Of a stretch of 64,000 bases of DNA, positions 46,608 to 55,654 are shown piece after piece. This stretch comes from a virus. The position numbers and the translations under genes were made by a program. Positions within the stretch are counted from its first letter, which is position 1; each line of letters begins with the position of its first letter. Location of the stretch: positions 27,173 through 91,172 of IMG/VR virus record IMGVR_UViG_3300031419_000529. One strand, 5' to 3'. The notes below the pieces were generated by a model that saw nothing but the letters and a program-made list of their open reading frames with translations, did not search any database and was not told where the DNA came from.

Positions 46608-47519
46608 ATGGCATCAGTAATTCAATCGAACCTCGAAGCGGAGCCCGGTGCTTTGGTTGGTTTTGACCTTTCTGGATACATTGAAAGTGCGGCCAAGTAT
46701 TTGGCTGCTCATAAGGCGCGCGTGATCGCAGATGGCGGTTATATCCCCGATGAAAATAAGACGCTTGATGAGTTTAACTTCATCATTGATAAGGGGGTTT
46801 CAGAACGCATTTCTGCTTATCCATTTGTCAGTGGCGGGGTGAAGGTCGATAACGATGGCAATGTTCTGAAAGTATATTCGCTCTTTGGGCCGGACTTTAT
46901 TCCTGTAATGGTGGCGGGTAGCGCGAGTCCTCTTCCAACAATTAAGTTAGATAGCTCTGGCGAAATGCTTGGGGTGAGGATCACCCTTAATAATGGCGGG
47001 TATTACTTAAGGTCTGAAATCCCGGTAGTTATGCAGAAATCAGCGGGCAAGCAGTGGCTCCTGAGTGGCCGGATGAAGGATTACAACCTACTGGATAGTG
47101 CAGGGATAACGATTGGTTGGGGTGTCGGCAGTGCAACATATGCATTTATGGAAACGCGTAAAACAGCCGCAATTTCAAACCCATGGAAGTATGTTTGTAC
47201 GCATAAACTGCCTGTTGCTGCTGGAAGCTATGTAGCAGCAACACAAACTCCCTATGCCGACTTCGTACATTCTGCCGGCCTTTTTGACTCCGTAGCTGGA
47301 AAAGTATTTGGGTATCAAGATGGCAGCTTGGCGCAAGTTGGCTCTTCGGATACTGGTGTCCTGGCCGATATGACCGGTTTAAATAACTACCTTTGGATTG
47401 GGCCAACCTACCTGGCACAAGCTGGCGGAGTAAATGTGTGTGACGGAATTTTCTCCGTGGCGCGGTGCATGAGTATGGCGACTGAAAAGGATGCAATAGC
47501 TCTATCGTCCCGAGCATAA
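46608..47519 (+). CDS. Tail fibre accessory protein (start 46608)
   Basis: AGGAG SD; HKARVIADGG motif; beta-rich. Confidence 0.6.
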   Translation: MASVIQSNLEAEPGALVGFDLSGYIESAAKYLAAHKARVIADGGYIPDENKTLDEFNFIIDKGVSERISAYPFVSGGVKVDNDGNVLKVYSLFGPDFIPVMVAGSASPLPTIKLDSSGEMLGVRITLNNGGYYLRSEIPVVMQKSAGKQWLLSGRMKDYNLLDSAGITIGWGVGSATYAFMETRKTAAISNPWKYVCTHKLPVAAGSYVAATQTPYADFVHSAGLFDSVAGKVFGYQDGSLAQVGSSDTGVLADMTGLNNYLWIGPTYLAQAGGVNVCDGIFSVARCMSMATEKDAIALSSRA

Positions 47520-47533
47520 CCACCTCAGATTGA

Positions 47534-47607
47534 TTGCTTTGTGCGACGATGCGCGCTAAATTCCCCAAAGATGCCGACTTATGCCTAACCGCTGAGTCGG
47601 CTTTTTT
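47534..47607 (+). promoter_or_regulatory. Late promoter/pause/terminator unit 3
   Basis: TTGCTT-17(..GCGCGC)-TAAATT, AAAGAT, hairpin GCCGACTTA/TGAGTCGGC plus T6. Confidence 0.8.
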
Positions 47608-47630
47608 ATTCCCTCAATTTGTGACCCCAT

Positions 47631-49256
47631 ATGCCTGATATCGATATCACAACTATGGGCGGCGAGATGCCGCGCATGGTCGCGCACCTGTTGCCGCAAA
47701 CCTCTGCGACAATCGCAAATAATTGCCACTTTCGCCACGGCGTGATCACTCCGAATAACGTTGATGCCAAGCAAGCCAAAGTGTTCAGCATTACGCCTGG
47801 TACCATTTTCAATTATCACGATGACGTTTGGTTTGCGTGGAACGGTATCGTTGACGCTATCCGCAGCCCTGTTGCCAATGACGACTATGACCGGGTGTAC
47901 TTTACGGATGGCACCTATCCGAAGGTGACTAGCAACCGCATTGCAACGCAAGGACAGGGGAATTACCCAGCAGCGTATTTTCGGTTGGGTATTCCGGCGC
48001 CAGAAAATGCGATTGTAATTGGTGGTGTAACGCCGCCGGCAGATCCGGGCGAGGATGATCCGACGGATGACGAAAGTCGTTTCTATGTTGAAACCTATGT
48101 GACTGAATACGGTGAAGAAGGGCCGCCGGGGCCTGCGTCCGCAGAGGTCACCATTGTTCGCCCGGGCAGCACGGTTGCATTGCAGCTACAGCCCCCAGGT
48201 ACCCAGAACAGCAATATCACGCGGCGCCGTATTTATCGATCGGCAACCAGCGATAGCACTGCCGATTTCTTGTTGGTAGTTGAGCTGGGGATCGCGATTG
48301 GTTCGTATGATGATTCTCTATCTGGCTCAGAACTGAGCGCGACACTGGAAACGTACGACTACATGATGCCGCCGGAAGGCATGATCGGTTTATGCGCCAT
48401 GAAGAACGGTATCTGCGCCGGGTTTAAGGGCAACGAAGTGATGTTCTCTGAAGCATTCTTGCCATATGCCTGGAAGCCGGCTAACCGGCAGACCACCATG
48501 AACCAGATTGTTGCCATCGCGCCGATCGGCACATCGCTCGTCGTCGGTACCGAAGGCGATCCGTATTTATTCAGTGGCATCACGCCATCAAACATCAGCA
48601 GCACCGAACCCAATGTCACGCTGGCCTGCGTGTCGCGCCGCTCAATGGTGGCGATGGACGGATTTGCGATTTACGCGTCCCCGAACGGTATTGTGACGGT
48701 CGATGCTTCCGGTAATGCGCTGGTGGCCACTGAGAAAATCATCGAACAAAAGCAGTGGCGGAAGATGTTTAACCCTTCATCGATCCGTGCCTGGCGGGTT
48801 GAGAACGAATACCTGGCGCTATACGACACGGCCGACGGCACTGCAGGTTTTATCTTCAATCCTCAATCGATGGACATCCGACACATAACGGCGTCGTTTA
48901 ACGCCGGCTTCAACGATGAGAAGAGCGACACGCTTTATATCGTGAAGGGAACTCAGCTCTATACCCTGCAGGGTGGTGAAATGCCGGTTAGCATGCGCTG
49001 GCGGTCGAAGCCGTTCCTTGCTCCCTATGACACTTCATTTTCATGCTTACGCGTCATGAGCGATCAGTTGTTCTTCGTTGGTATCAACATCATTGTCGAT
49101 GGCGCGCAGGTGATCACTTTGCCGCCGGGAGCGATGCGGGAAAGCATGCTTAAACTACCGCCGATATCAGGCAGGAAATGGACGATCGAAACGTGGGGTA
49201 GAGGCCAGGTTGACCGGATCACATTGTCCACATCAATGATGGAGATGCCCGCGTGA
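47631..49256 (+). CDS. Tail nozzle-like protein
   Basis: DRVYFTDG, GEEGPPGPAS, FSEAFLPYAW; 541 aa. Confidence 0.75.
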   Translation: MPDIDITTMGGEMPRMVAHLLPQTSATIANNCHFRHGVITPNNVDAKQAKVFSITPGTIFNYHDDVWFAWNGIVDAIRSPVANDDYDRVYFTDGTYPKVTSNRIATQGQGNYPAAYFRLGIPAPENAIVIGGVTPPADPGEDDPTDDESRFYVETYVTEYGEEGPPGPASAEVTIVRPGSTVALQLQPPGTQNSNITRRRIYRSATSDSTADFLLVVELGIAIGSYDDSLSGSELSATLETYDYMMPPEGMIGLCAMKNGICAGFKGNEVMFSEAFLPYAWKPANRQTTMNQIVAIAPIGTSLVVGTEGDPYLFSGITPSNISSTEPNVTLACVSRRSMVAMDGFAIYASPNGIVTVDASGNALVATEKIIEQKQWRKMFNPSSIRAWRVENEYLALYDTADGTAGFIFNPQSMDIRHITASFNAGFNDEKSDTLYIVKGTQLYTLQGGEMPVSMRWRSKPFLAPYDTSFSCLRVMSDQLFFVGINIIVDGAQVITLPPGAMRESMLKLPPISGRKWTIETWGRGQVDRITLSTSMMEMPA

Positions 49257-50521
49257 GTAATAAAGGAAAATTCCGTTCTGGTACTGATTTGCCGACGGTG
49301 GCAGAGAATATTCAAACGCTGACTGGACAGCGGGGCGATGGCCTTGATCGTGCGGTCACGGTGCGTGATTTGGCTCGACTCGGTTTTTCGACCAAGAAAG
49401 CAGGTAACGGTGGCGTGTCTTTGATACCCGGCTGGACGCCGCCGCCGGATTGGGGCGGGCCGGGAGCAAATAAACCGACGCAGTTCCCCACTAAACCAAC
49501 AGGCTTCACGGCCTATGGTGCATTCTCGTTTATCGCGTTGGTGTGGGACATGCCGAAGTATGGCGGACACTCACTGACGGAAATTTATCGCAATGGCGAA
49601 GATAACTTGGCTGATGCTGTGCTGGTGGGTACGGAGGCTGCCGGCGTCTTTAGTGATCCGCAAAACACCGGGACGCCCGGCGCTTATTACTGGATCCGTC
49701 ACGTTAATGCCAAAGGTGTGCCGGGGCCGTTCAATGACACCGCCGGCACGTTTGCAAAAACGGATCCTGATGCCGCACAGAACCTGATTGCCGACCGGGT
49801 TATCGCCGGCATTGAAATGATCACTCCTTTGTTGCGTTCTGCACGGATTGAGAATGGTCGGTTCACGGTCGATGAAAACGGCAACATGACGGCTATCAAT
49901 GCTAGCATGAACTTCATGACGGCCAATGGCGGCTGGTTCTACGACGTGTACGCCGAGCGGGCCACATTCAGGAACTGCCAGATACTGGAGGACTGTGATG
50001 TCCGCGGCACTATCTATGCTAATAAGCTGGTTGGCGACGTGTATAACGCACAGTCTGGTGGGATCTATGTACCGCCTATGACTCAAGGTGTCAGTTATGG
50101 CTTCACTTGGTCGAGCCAGGCTGGGGATCATGTGATATGGAATATTGTTGGTGAGGATTTCGAACGTGTAATGGACACGAACGTCACTATTTTGGCAGCA
50201 AGTGCTGACAGGCAGTACTTCACTGTTATTTTGCGTAGCCCGGGTCATGACGATATCCAAATTGCATACAAGGACACAGGGAATAGCGGGGAAAACGGAT
50301 CGCTAAATTATTTGCTCGAGGGCATTAAGCTCCCCGCTGTCGGGCGTGATAAACAGCAACAATTAATCATCCGAATTGGAGAAAGTCGCGGTAGCACAGT
50401 GGCAATTACAACCCCTGTGATCAGCGGAGGCGGCAGCACTGGAAGTCCTGAAGTGAGAGCAAAGCCGGTAATTGGCGTTTACAAATCAGGGCGCCAGATA
50501 GCCACGAGTGGCCCGCAATGA
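49253..50521 (+). CDS. Tail tip fibre protein
   Basis: LTGQRGDGLDRAVT, YYWIRHVN, GTIYANKLVGDV. Confidence 0.75.
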   Translation: MSNKGKFRSGTDLPTVAENIQTLTGQRGDGLDRAVTVRDLARLGFSTKKAGNGGVSLIPGWTPPPDWGGPGANKPTQFPTKPTGFTAYGAFSFIALVWDMPKYGGHSLTEIYRNGEDNLADAVLVGTEAAGVFSDPQNTGTPGAYYWIRHVNAKGVPGPFNDTAGTFAKTDPDAAQNLIADRVIAGIEMITPLLRSARIENGRFTVDENGNMTAINASMNFMTANGGWFYDVYAERATFRNCQILEDCDVRGTIYANKLVGDVYNAQSGGIYVPPMTQGVSYGFTWSSQAGDHVIWNIVGEDFERVMDTNVTILAASADRQYFTVILRSPGHDDIQIAYKDTGNSGENGSLNYLLEGIKLPAVGRDKQQQLIIRIGESRGSTVAITTPVISGGGSTGSPEVRAKPVIGVYKSGRQIATSGPQ

Positions 50522-50886
50522 TGACGCTTGAGGAAAAGGTGAATGCCCTTGCTAGGCGAAGTGCCGACAAAAATCTGATATCAGATATCCAAGACGCCTG
50601 CCGTGAAAAGCAGGCGTTTTGCTTTGGTGCCGATGATGCGCGGATCGTCTTGCGGCCACGCATGAAAGATGGTGTGCCGTATGTGGTGGTGTGGCTTGGC
50701 GTGAGCACGGCAACCGATGGCTTATTGCGATATACGCCACGCATTAAAGAACTGACGCGAATGATCGGCGGCCGGTGGGCCGAGTTTTATACAGACAGAA
50801 AAGGGTTCATCAGGGTAGCCAGGCGGCTCGGTTTTGTTCGCCTGCCTGATGAAGATGGATTAATGAAATTCCGGATCCCGGTGTGA
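50518..50886 (+). CDS. Small tail-region protein (GNAT-like fold possible)
   Basis: EFYTDRKGFIRVARRLGF. Confidence 0.6.
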   Translation: MMTLEEKVNALARRSADKNLISDIQDACREKQAFCFGADDARIVLRPRMKDGVPYVVVWLGVSTATDGLLRYTPRIKELTRMIGGRWAEFYTDRKGFIRVARRLGFVRLPDEDGLMKFRIPV

Positions 50887-50893
50887 GGGTAGT

Positions 50894-51565
50894 ATGGGCA
50901 AAGGCGGCAGTAACGAAATCAAAGAAACAGAGAATGAAAAGGCTGCGGCACAAGTGGCTTCCCAGCAATGGGATCTCTATCAAAACGAGCTCCAGCCTTA
51001 TGAAAATCTGTTCATGGATAAGGTCGATGCGCTGAACAACGAACAGAAGTATTCCGACATTGCCAATGACACCAATCTTGGCTACCAGGCTGAGTTCGGT
51101 AAGGCGCGGCAGGATACCGCCACGCAGTTGGCGGCCAGTGGTGTGGATCCGAGTAGCGGCAAATTCCAGGGAACACTCGACAACATTACCTCCGATCAAG
51201 TCGCCGGCCAGATCGACACGACTAACCGCGCGCAGAGTACGCAGGCCGATAAGTACGTTGGCGGTCTTCAGGATGTCGTTGCTATGGGGGCGGGCCAGAA
51301 AGCTGATGCACTGTCAGGGTTCAACAGTATCGCCAATACCAGCATGCAAAAAGCCCAGTCCGATGCGCAGCGCTCGATGAGCAACCGACAAGCGACAGCA
51401 GGAGTGGTGGGGGCATTGGGGGGCGCAGCAGTACGCACCTATGGATTACAGGACGCAGCAGCACCGGCCTCAAGCGCCGGTTCAACTGGTGTATTTGGCG
51501 GAAGTAATAGCGGTGGCCAATATGGCGTGTCCAATACGCCATTCGGTAAATCGACCTTTAACTAA
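50894..51565 (+). CDS. Internal virion/ejection protein
   Basis: MGKGGS start; GVDPSSGKFQ; Gly/Ala-rich tail. Confidence 0.7.
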   Translation: MGKGGSNEIKETENEKAAAQVASQQWDLYQNELQPYENLFMDKVDALNNEQKYSDIANDTNLGYQAEFGKARQDTATQLAASGVDPSSGKFQGTLDNITSDQVAGQIDTTNRAQSTQADKYVGGLQDVVAMGAGQKADALSGFNSIANTSMQKAQSDAQRSMSNRQATAGVVGALGGAAVRTYGLQDAAAPASSAGSTGVFGGSNSGGQYGVSNTPFGKSTFN

Positions 51566-51577
51566 CAGGGGCCAATT

Positions 51578-51964
51578 ATGGGACAGGCAGCGGATACATA
51601 TGCCCGATTGATCCGGGAGCAGTACGCGGACTGGCAGAACCGGTTTTACCCGAAACAGAAAGAGCTGATGGGATTAGCGACCAGCGGTCAGCTGATGAAC
51701 GACCAGCTTGCACGCGCTGATGCAAATAATCAGCAGACGCTGAATACGGCACAGGTAGGACAGCAGAACCAGATGGCGCGTTATGGGGTGGCACAAACAC
51801 CCACAGCCGGAGACAACAATCTTGGGCTTCGCTCCGCGTTGGCAACTGCCGGAGCCAAAAACGGGATCCGAGAAGGTGAAGCGGATCGGCAAATGAATAT
51901 TCTGACGGGGGGCAGCGCCAGCCTTCGCCAACAAATGAATATCGGTGGCGGGAGTAGCAGCTAA
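51578..51964 (+). CDS. Internal virion protein
   Basis: AADTYARLIREQYADWQNRF. Confidence 0.7.
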   Translation: MGQAADTYARLIREQYADWQNRFYPKQKELMGLATSGQLMNDQLARADANNQQTLNTAQVGQQNQMARYGVAQTPTAGDNNLGLRSALATAGAKNGIREGEADRQMNILTGGSASLRQQMNIGGGSSS

Positions 51965-52461
51965 TGGGATACGGATTAGTCGATATCGCGAACCAGACGC
52001 GCCAGCAGGCATTGCAGGGATTTGGTGAGGCTTCGTCGCGTGAAACTCAGCGTGAGGTGGCAAATCAGCAACTGAAAGATGCTGAGAATCAAATGAAGAT
52101 GCAGATGACCGGTACCGGCGCGGGCATGGGGCTGGCAATGGGGTCGGGCAGTTCTTTGCTGGGCGGTAGCGCGGGTACTGCTGCAGGATCAGCGGCAGGT
52201 GCTGGTGCTGCGGGAGCCGCTGGGGCTGGAGCTGCAGGCGCGGCAGCCGGAACAGCCGCCGCAGGCACTGCAGTTGCCGGTACCGCTGCAGCAGGAACGG
52301 CAGCAGCAGCTGGTGGCGCAGCAGCCGCAGGAACAGCAACCGGTGTTGCCGCCGGAGCAGGTACTGCGGCAGCGACTGGTGCGACAGCCGGTGCATGGGG
52401 TGGCCCAATCGGTATGGGGATCGGCGCGGCGGTCGGTCTGCTGGCAAGTCAACTTTTCTAA
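51964..52461 (+). CDS. Internal virion protein with Gly/Ala/Thr low-complexity tract
   Basis: MGYGLVD..; long GAAG/TAAA tract; GGPIGMGIGAAVG. Confidence 0.7.
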   Translation: MGYGLVDIANQTRQQALQGFGEASSRETQREVANQQLKDAENQMKMQMTGTGAGMGLAMGSGSSLLGGSAGTAAGSAAGAGAAGAAGAGAAGAAAGTAAAGTAVAGTAAAGTAAAAGGAAAAGTATGVAAGAGTAAATGATAGAWGGPIGMGIGAAVGLLASQLF

Positions 52462-52471
52462 GGAATCAATC

Positions 52472-53824
52472 ATGGGTGTTCAAGGTTTAGCTGATGGCTT
52501 CCTGGCTGGCTTCAATACGGCTGATGCTGCTATCTCTCGCAATAAAGAATTGAAGCAGCGCGACATGGCTCTGCAGCAGCAAGTGAAGGACTCCGATCGC
52601 AACTACAGTCTGCGTGAAGCCGACTTCAATTACGGCAAAGATCGCGATCAGCGAAATTTTGGTTATCAGCAAGAACGTGACCAGGTGGGCGATAAGCAAT
52701 GGGGCCTTCGCCATGCGCTCGATGAGCAGCAACTGGGCATAAGCCGCGCTGGCCTTGGCATGCGTGCGCAGGAACTGGGGATGCGGCAGAAGGAATACAA
52801 CTATCGCATGATGCAGGAAGAGCGCAGCCAGCGGCTTCAGAATGAAATGCCGGTTGTTCAGACGCTGTATAAACAGATGGAAGAGACCGGCAAGTTCGAT
52901 CCGCAATTGTACTCGCAGATTTCGAAAGACAATCCGCTTAACCCTGGGCGCTTCTTTGGGCAGGAGGCGATCAACAACGTGATGGAAGTGAATCGCGTTA
53001 TGCCTAAGGTGCTCTCGGGTGAGATGAACTACAACGATCCGAAGGTCATCAAGCTGATGAACACGGTGTTGTCGCCGCATATTCAGCGTGGTGTGGGTGA
53101 AGTTGATCCGCAGACGGGTAAGAAAATCGTGAGCAAAGAGCTGGGCCACATTGGCGTAAGCGAGGACGGGAAGTTCATCATTCCAGGCTTAACGGTGAAG
53201 TATGACGATGGTTCCACCGCGCAGAAGCCGATGACTGAATTGGGCTCTGCAGATGAGCGTGATAACCAACTTGCCCATATGCCGGTGTCACGCATGATGG
53301 ATGAAATCCGCGGCTACGGTCAGATGGTCGGTCAGCTTAACCAGCCGGATCGTGCCGCCTTCCTCAACGACATGGTCAACCCACCGGATAAGACAGCTAG
53401 CCGCGAAGAGGCCAAAGGCTTGCGCCGCGATTTGCTCGATGTGGGCAAGGCCCGCGCCAAGGCATTGGCTGGGGCGACTGATGAGCGGGCGATGGCTGAG
53501 ATCAATGCTCAGTATGATCAGTTGCAGGGTGAGGTGATGAACTCTTACGGGCAGTCTGTGCCACAGACACCGGCACAGGATCCGGAGTTTTCTTCCTACG
53601 CTGAGCAGTACAAGCAGCAATTCGGTGAAGTGCCAGATCCACGCAAGCCAGAGGACATGCAAGGCTTCCAGTTATGGAAATCCAAGAAGCAGGGTGGCAC
53701 TACTCCAGCAGCACCTGCCGCCACAACCCCACAAGGCAAGGCACCGTCACAGTTGCCCGATAATTCGTATGCTGCAGGGTATCTGAGAGAGATGCGTCAG
53801 CAGTCGCAGCGAAAACAGCAGTAA
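52472..53824 (+). CDS. Ejection (DNA transfer) protein (start 52472)
   Basis: AAGGA SD; MGVQGLADGFLAGF; Gln-rich. Confidence 0.72.
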   Translation: MGVQGLADGFLAGFNTADAAISRNKELKQRDMALQQQVKDSDRNYSLREADFNYGKDRDQRNFGYQQERDQVGDKQWGLRHALDEQQLGISRAGLGMRAQELGMRQKEYNYRMMQEERSQRLQNEMPVVQTLYKQMEETGKFDPQLYSQISKDNPLNPGRFFGQEAINNVMEVNRVMPKVLSGEMNYNDPKVIKLMNTVLSPHIQRGVGEVDPQTGKKIVSKELGHIGVSEDGKFIIPGLTVKYDDGSTAQKPMTELGSADERDNQLAHMPVSRMMDEIRGYGQMVGQLNQPDRAAFLNDMVNPPDKTASREEAKGLRRDLLDVGKARAKALAGATDERAMAEINAQYDQLQGEVMNSYGQSVPQTPAQDPEFSSYAEQYKQQFGEVPDPRKPEDMQGFQLWKSKKQGGTTPAAPAATTPQGKAPSQLPDNSYAAGYLREMRQQSQRKQQ

Positions 53825-53993
53825 TCCTCCAGTGATACAACAGCGCATTTAACCGCTGCGCTTTTGCATTTTCCTTTCTTAGTTGAATCTATCTATTTGT
53901 TTTATTGTAATAAATATCATTATTTAACTATTTACAACCCAATAATTAAGATTATTAGCTATTGCCAGCACAACAAACTTATCAGCGACCACG

Positions 53994-54036
53994 TTGACAG
54001 GGATGTAATAAAATATTACTGTATATACATACAGTT
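53994..54036 (+). promoter_or_regulatory. SOS promoter with LexA box
   Basis: TTGACA-17-TACTGT; TACTGTATATACATACAGTT overlaps the -10. Confidence 0.9.
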
Positions 54037-54096
54037 AATTAATAAAAAACATTTTAATTCATATTGATATGTACGGCTTCTGCTGGGGAGATTTTT

Positions 54097-54243
54097 GTGA
54101 CACTGAGCAATGAAGATGTTTTAGCCAACTTGGCTGCGATTTTAGAATTACTGACACATTGCGATGAAGATACTAAGATAGAGACGGTGCAGACAATTGC
54201 ATTACTTGGATGGAGTATGTTAAAAAAATCCCAATTAAACTAG
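54097..54243 (+). CDS. 48-aa LexA-controlled protein, candidate antirepressor (not in ORF track)
   Basis: GGGGAG SD, GTG start; MTLSNEDVLANLAAILELLTHCDEDTKIETVQTIALLGWSMLKKSQLN. Confidence 0.7.
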   Translation: MTLSNEDVLANLAAILELLTHCDEDTKIETVQTIALLGWSMLKKSQLN

Positions 54244-54295
54244 AAACATTAATAAAATTTATAAGGAGGCGTTTACTACCTCCTTGATTTCAAAT

Positions 54296-55486
54296 TTATT
54301 TACATATACATGTGGCGCTTTTAGTTTCCCATTCTTTTAACTCAGAGTAGAAGAATTTAATGTGTTTCTTACTTCCACTTCCTCGACAAATCGTACAGTA
54401 TTTTTTTTGTTTCAAATTCAAGTAAGACTTCCCTGGTCTACTTTTTCCGTTCATATCACTACGAATGAATATATTAAATTTGTCAATGTGAGCATAAAGT
54501 CTTCCGTATGTGTTTTTATTGCTTTCGGAACCATGGTGCGGAGATGTTATTATCGAGTTTGATTGTATGAAGTCTAACTCATGATTAAAGGTGAAGTTGG
54601 AGTCAGCGGTAAATAAAACTCCAGAGTTAGATCCTATAGCTGGAGAATAAAATACCAAACTCTCAACGTTAGCTTTTGTTAGTGCAAGATACATTAACGA
54701 GCTAATGTTTTTTGTGTAGCTAAGAATTTCTTTTGAGTTCACAGGATGTAAGTATTTTTCACCACCATATGAATCGTTGTTACTGTATTCAAACCAACGT
54801 ATTTTAGAGCCGGCGTTGTATGCGAGGCTAGATAATTTTAAAATTTTAACGGCGGAATGAATGGCGGACTCGAATATTCTTTGTATGTTGTTTTCTACAC
54901 TGGATCTAAGAATTTTCCTTTTAGGATTAGAAAGCATATTTGAGAGCACTTTAATCGATGCAATAGTTTTTGATTTAAGATCAACTTCTTTGTGCTCATG
55001 ATTTTCTTTTTTTAGGTACTTCTCAATTGACGAGTTTTCTTTATCTTGTTGTCCGGGATTTTCAGATTTGTTATTGCTCATTATATTACCAATTTCTTGA
55101 AGGGTAATGGAATTTGTGGCATCATTCTCTTCAAAGTAGATATTAATATCATGGTAAAGTTCTTTGGCAAATTCTTCAGGGGCATAGATTAAATCATCAA
55201 GTCTATGCGACCAACTTCCGGGTAACCAAGTCTCTTTGCTTTTCCCTCCAGAAACAAAATACCCTAATAATCCATGAACATGATCTGAGTCGCAATGAGT
55301 GCAAACTATTATATCTAAATCTATATCCCCAACTCTAGATTTTAAAAGGTTTGGGAAGTCTTTTTTGTTTTTTCCTCCATCTACTAGAATATTAATCCCA
55401 TTTCTTTGTAGGTAAAATGCATCACCGCATGTCACATCTATTGCGATAAACTTATCATTATGATTATTTGTTAAAGTGTTCGTCAT
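54296..55486 (-). CDS. Metallo-beta-lactamase-fold hydrolase (ComEC/Rec2-like), AT-rich moron
   Basis: DVTCGDA, LVDGG, THCDSDHVHG, LFTAD, PHHGS. Confidence 0.88.
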   Translation of the reverse strand: MTNTLTNNHNDKFIAIDVTCGDAFYLQRNGINILVDGGKNKKDFPNLLKSRVGDIDLDIIVCTHCDSDHVHGLLGYFVSGGKSKETWLPGSWSHRLDDLIYAPEEFAKELYHDINIYFEENDATNSITLQEIGNIMSNNKSENPGQQDKENSSIEKYLKKENHEHKEVDLKSKTIASIKVLSNMLSNPKRKILRSSVENNIQRIFESAIHSAVKILKLSSLAYNAGSKIRWFEYSNNDSYGGEKYLHPVNSKEILSYTKNISSLMYLALTKANVESLVFYSPAIGSNSGVLFTADSNFTFNHELDFIQSNSIITSPHHGSESNKNTYGRLYAHIDKFNIFIRSDMNGKSRPGKSYLNLKQKKYCTICRGSGSKKHIKFFYSELKEWETKSATCICK

Positions 55487-55558
55487 TTCTGAGATGCCTT
55501 AAAAAATTACACTTAGTTTAAATTTGGTCTCATTTAAAAGTACAACAAAATGTTTCAA

Positions 55559-55632
55559 TTAACAAAGTGTTTTTATTGCGCTAGATTACCCAATGATGCC
55601 AAGCCTCGCTCTAACCAGCGGGGCTTTTTTTA
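55559..55632 (+). promoter_or_regulatory. Late promoter/pause/terminator unit 4
   Basis: TTAACA-17(..TGCGC)-TAGATT, AATGAT, hairpin AAGCCTCGCT/AGCGGGGCTT plus T tract. Confidence 0.75.
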
Positions 55633-55654
55633 TGCCTAAATTCTGGAGCCTCAA

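Noticed and set aside
51674-52471. 257-aa minus-strand ORF and the 52199 upstream start
   Set aside because: Shadows of the GC-rich Gly/Ala tract; the real start with SD is 52472
53864-54067. 67-aa ORF in the track
   Set aside because: No SD; runs through the SOS promoter and LexA box
54296-55486. Antibiotic-resistance beta-lactamase
   Set aside because: ComEC-type motifs and no export signal
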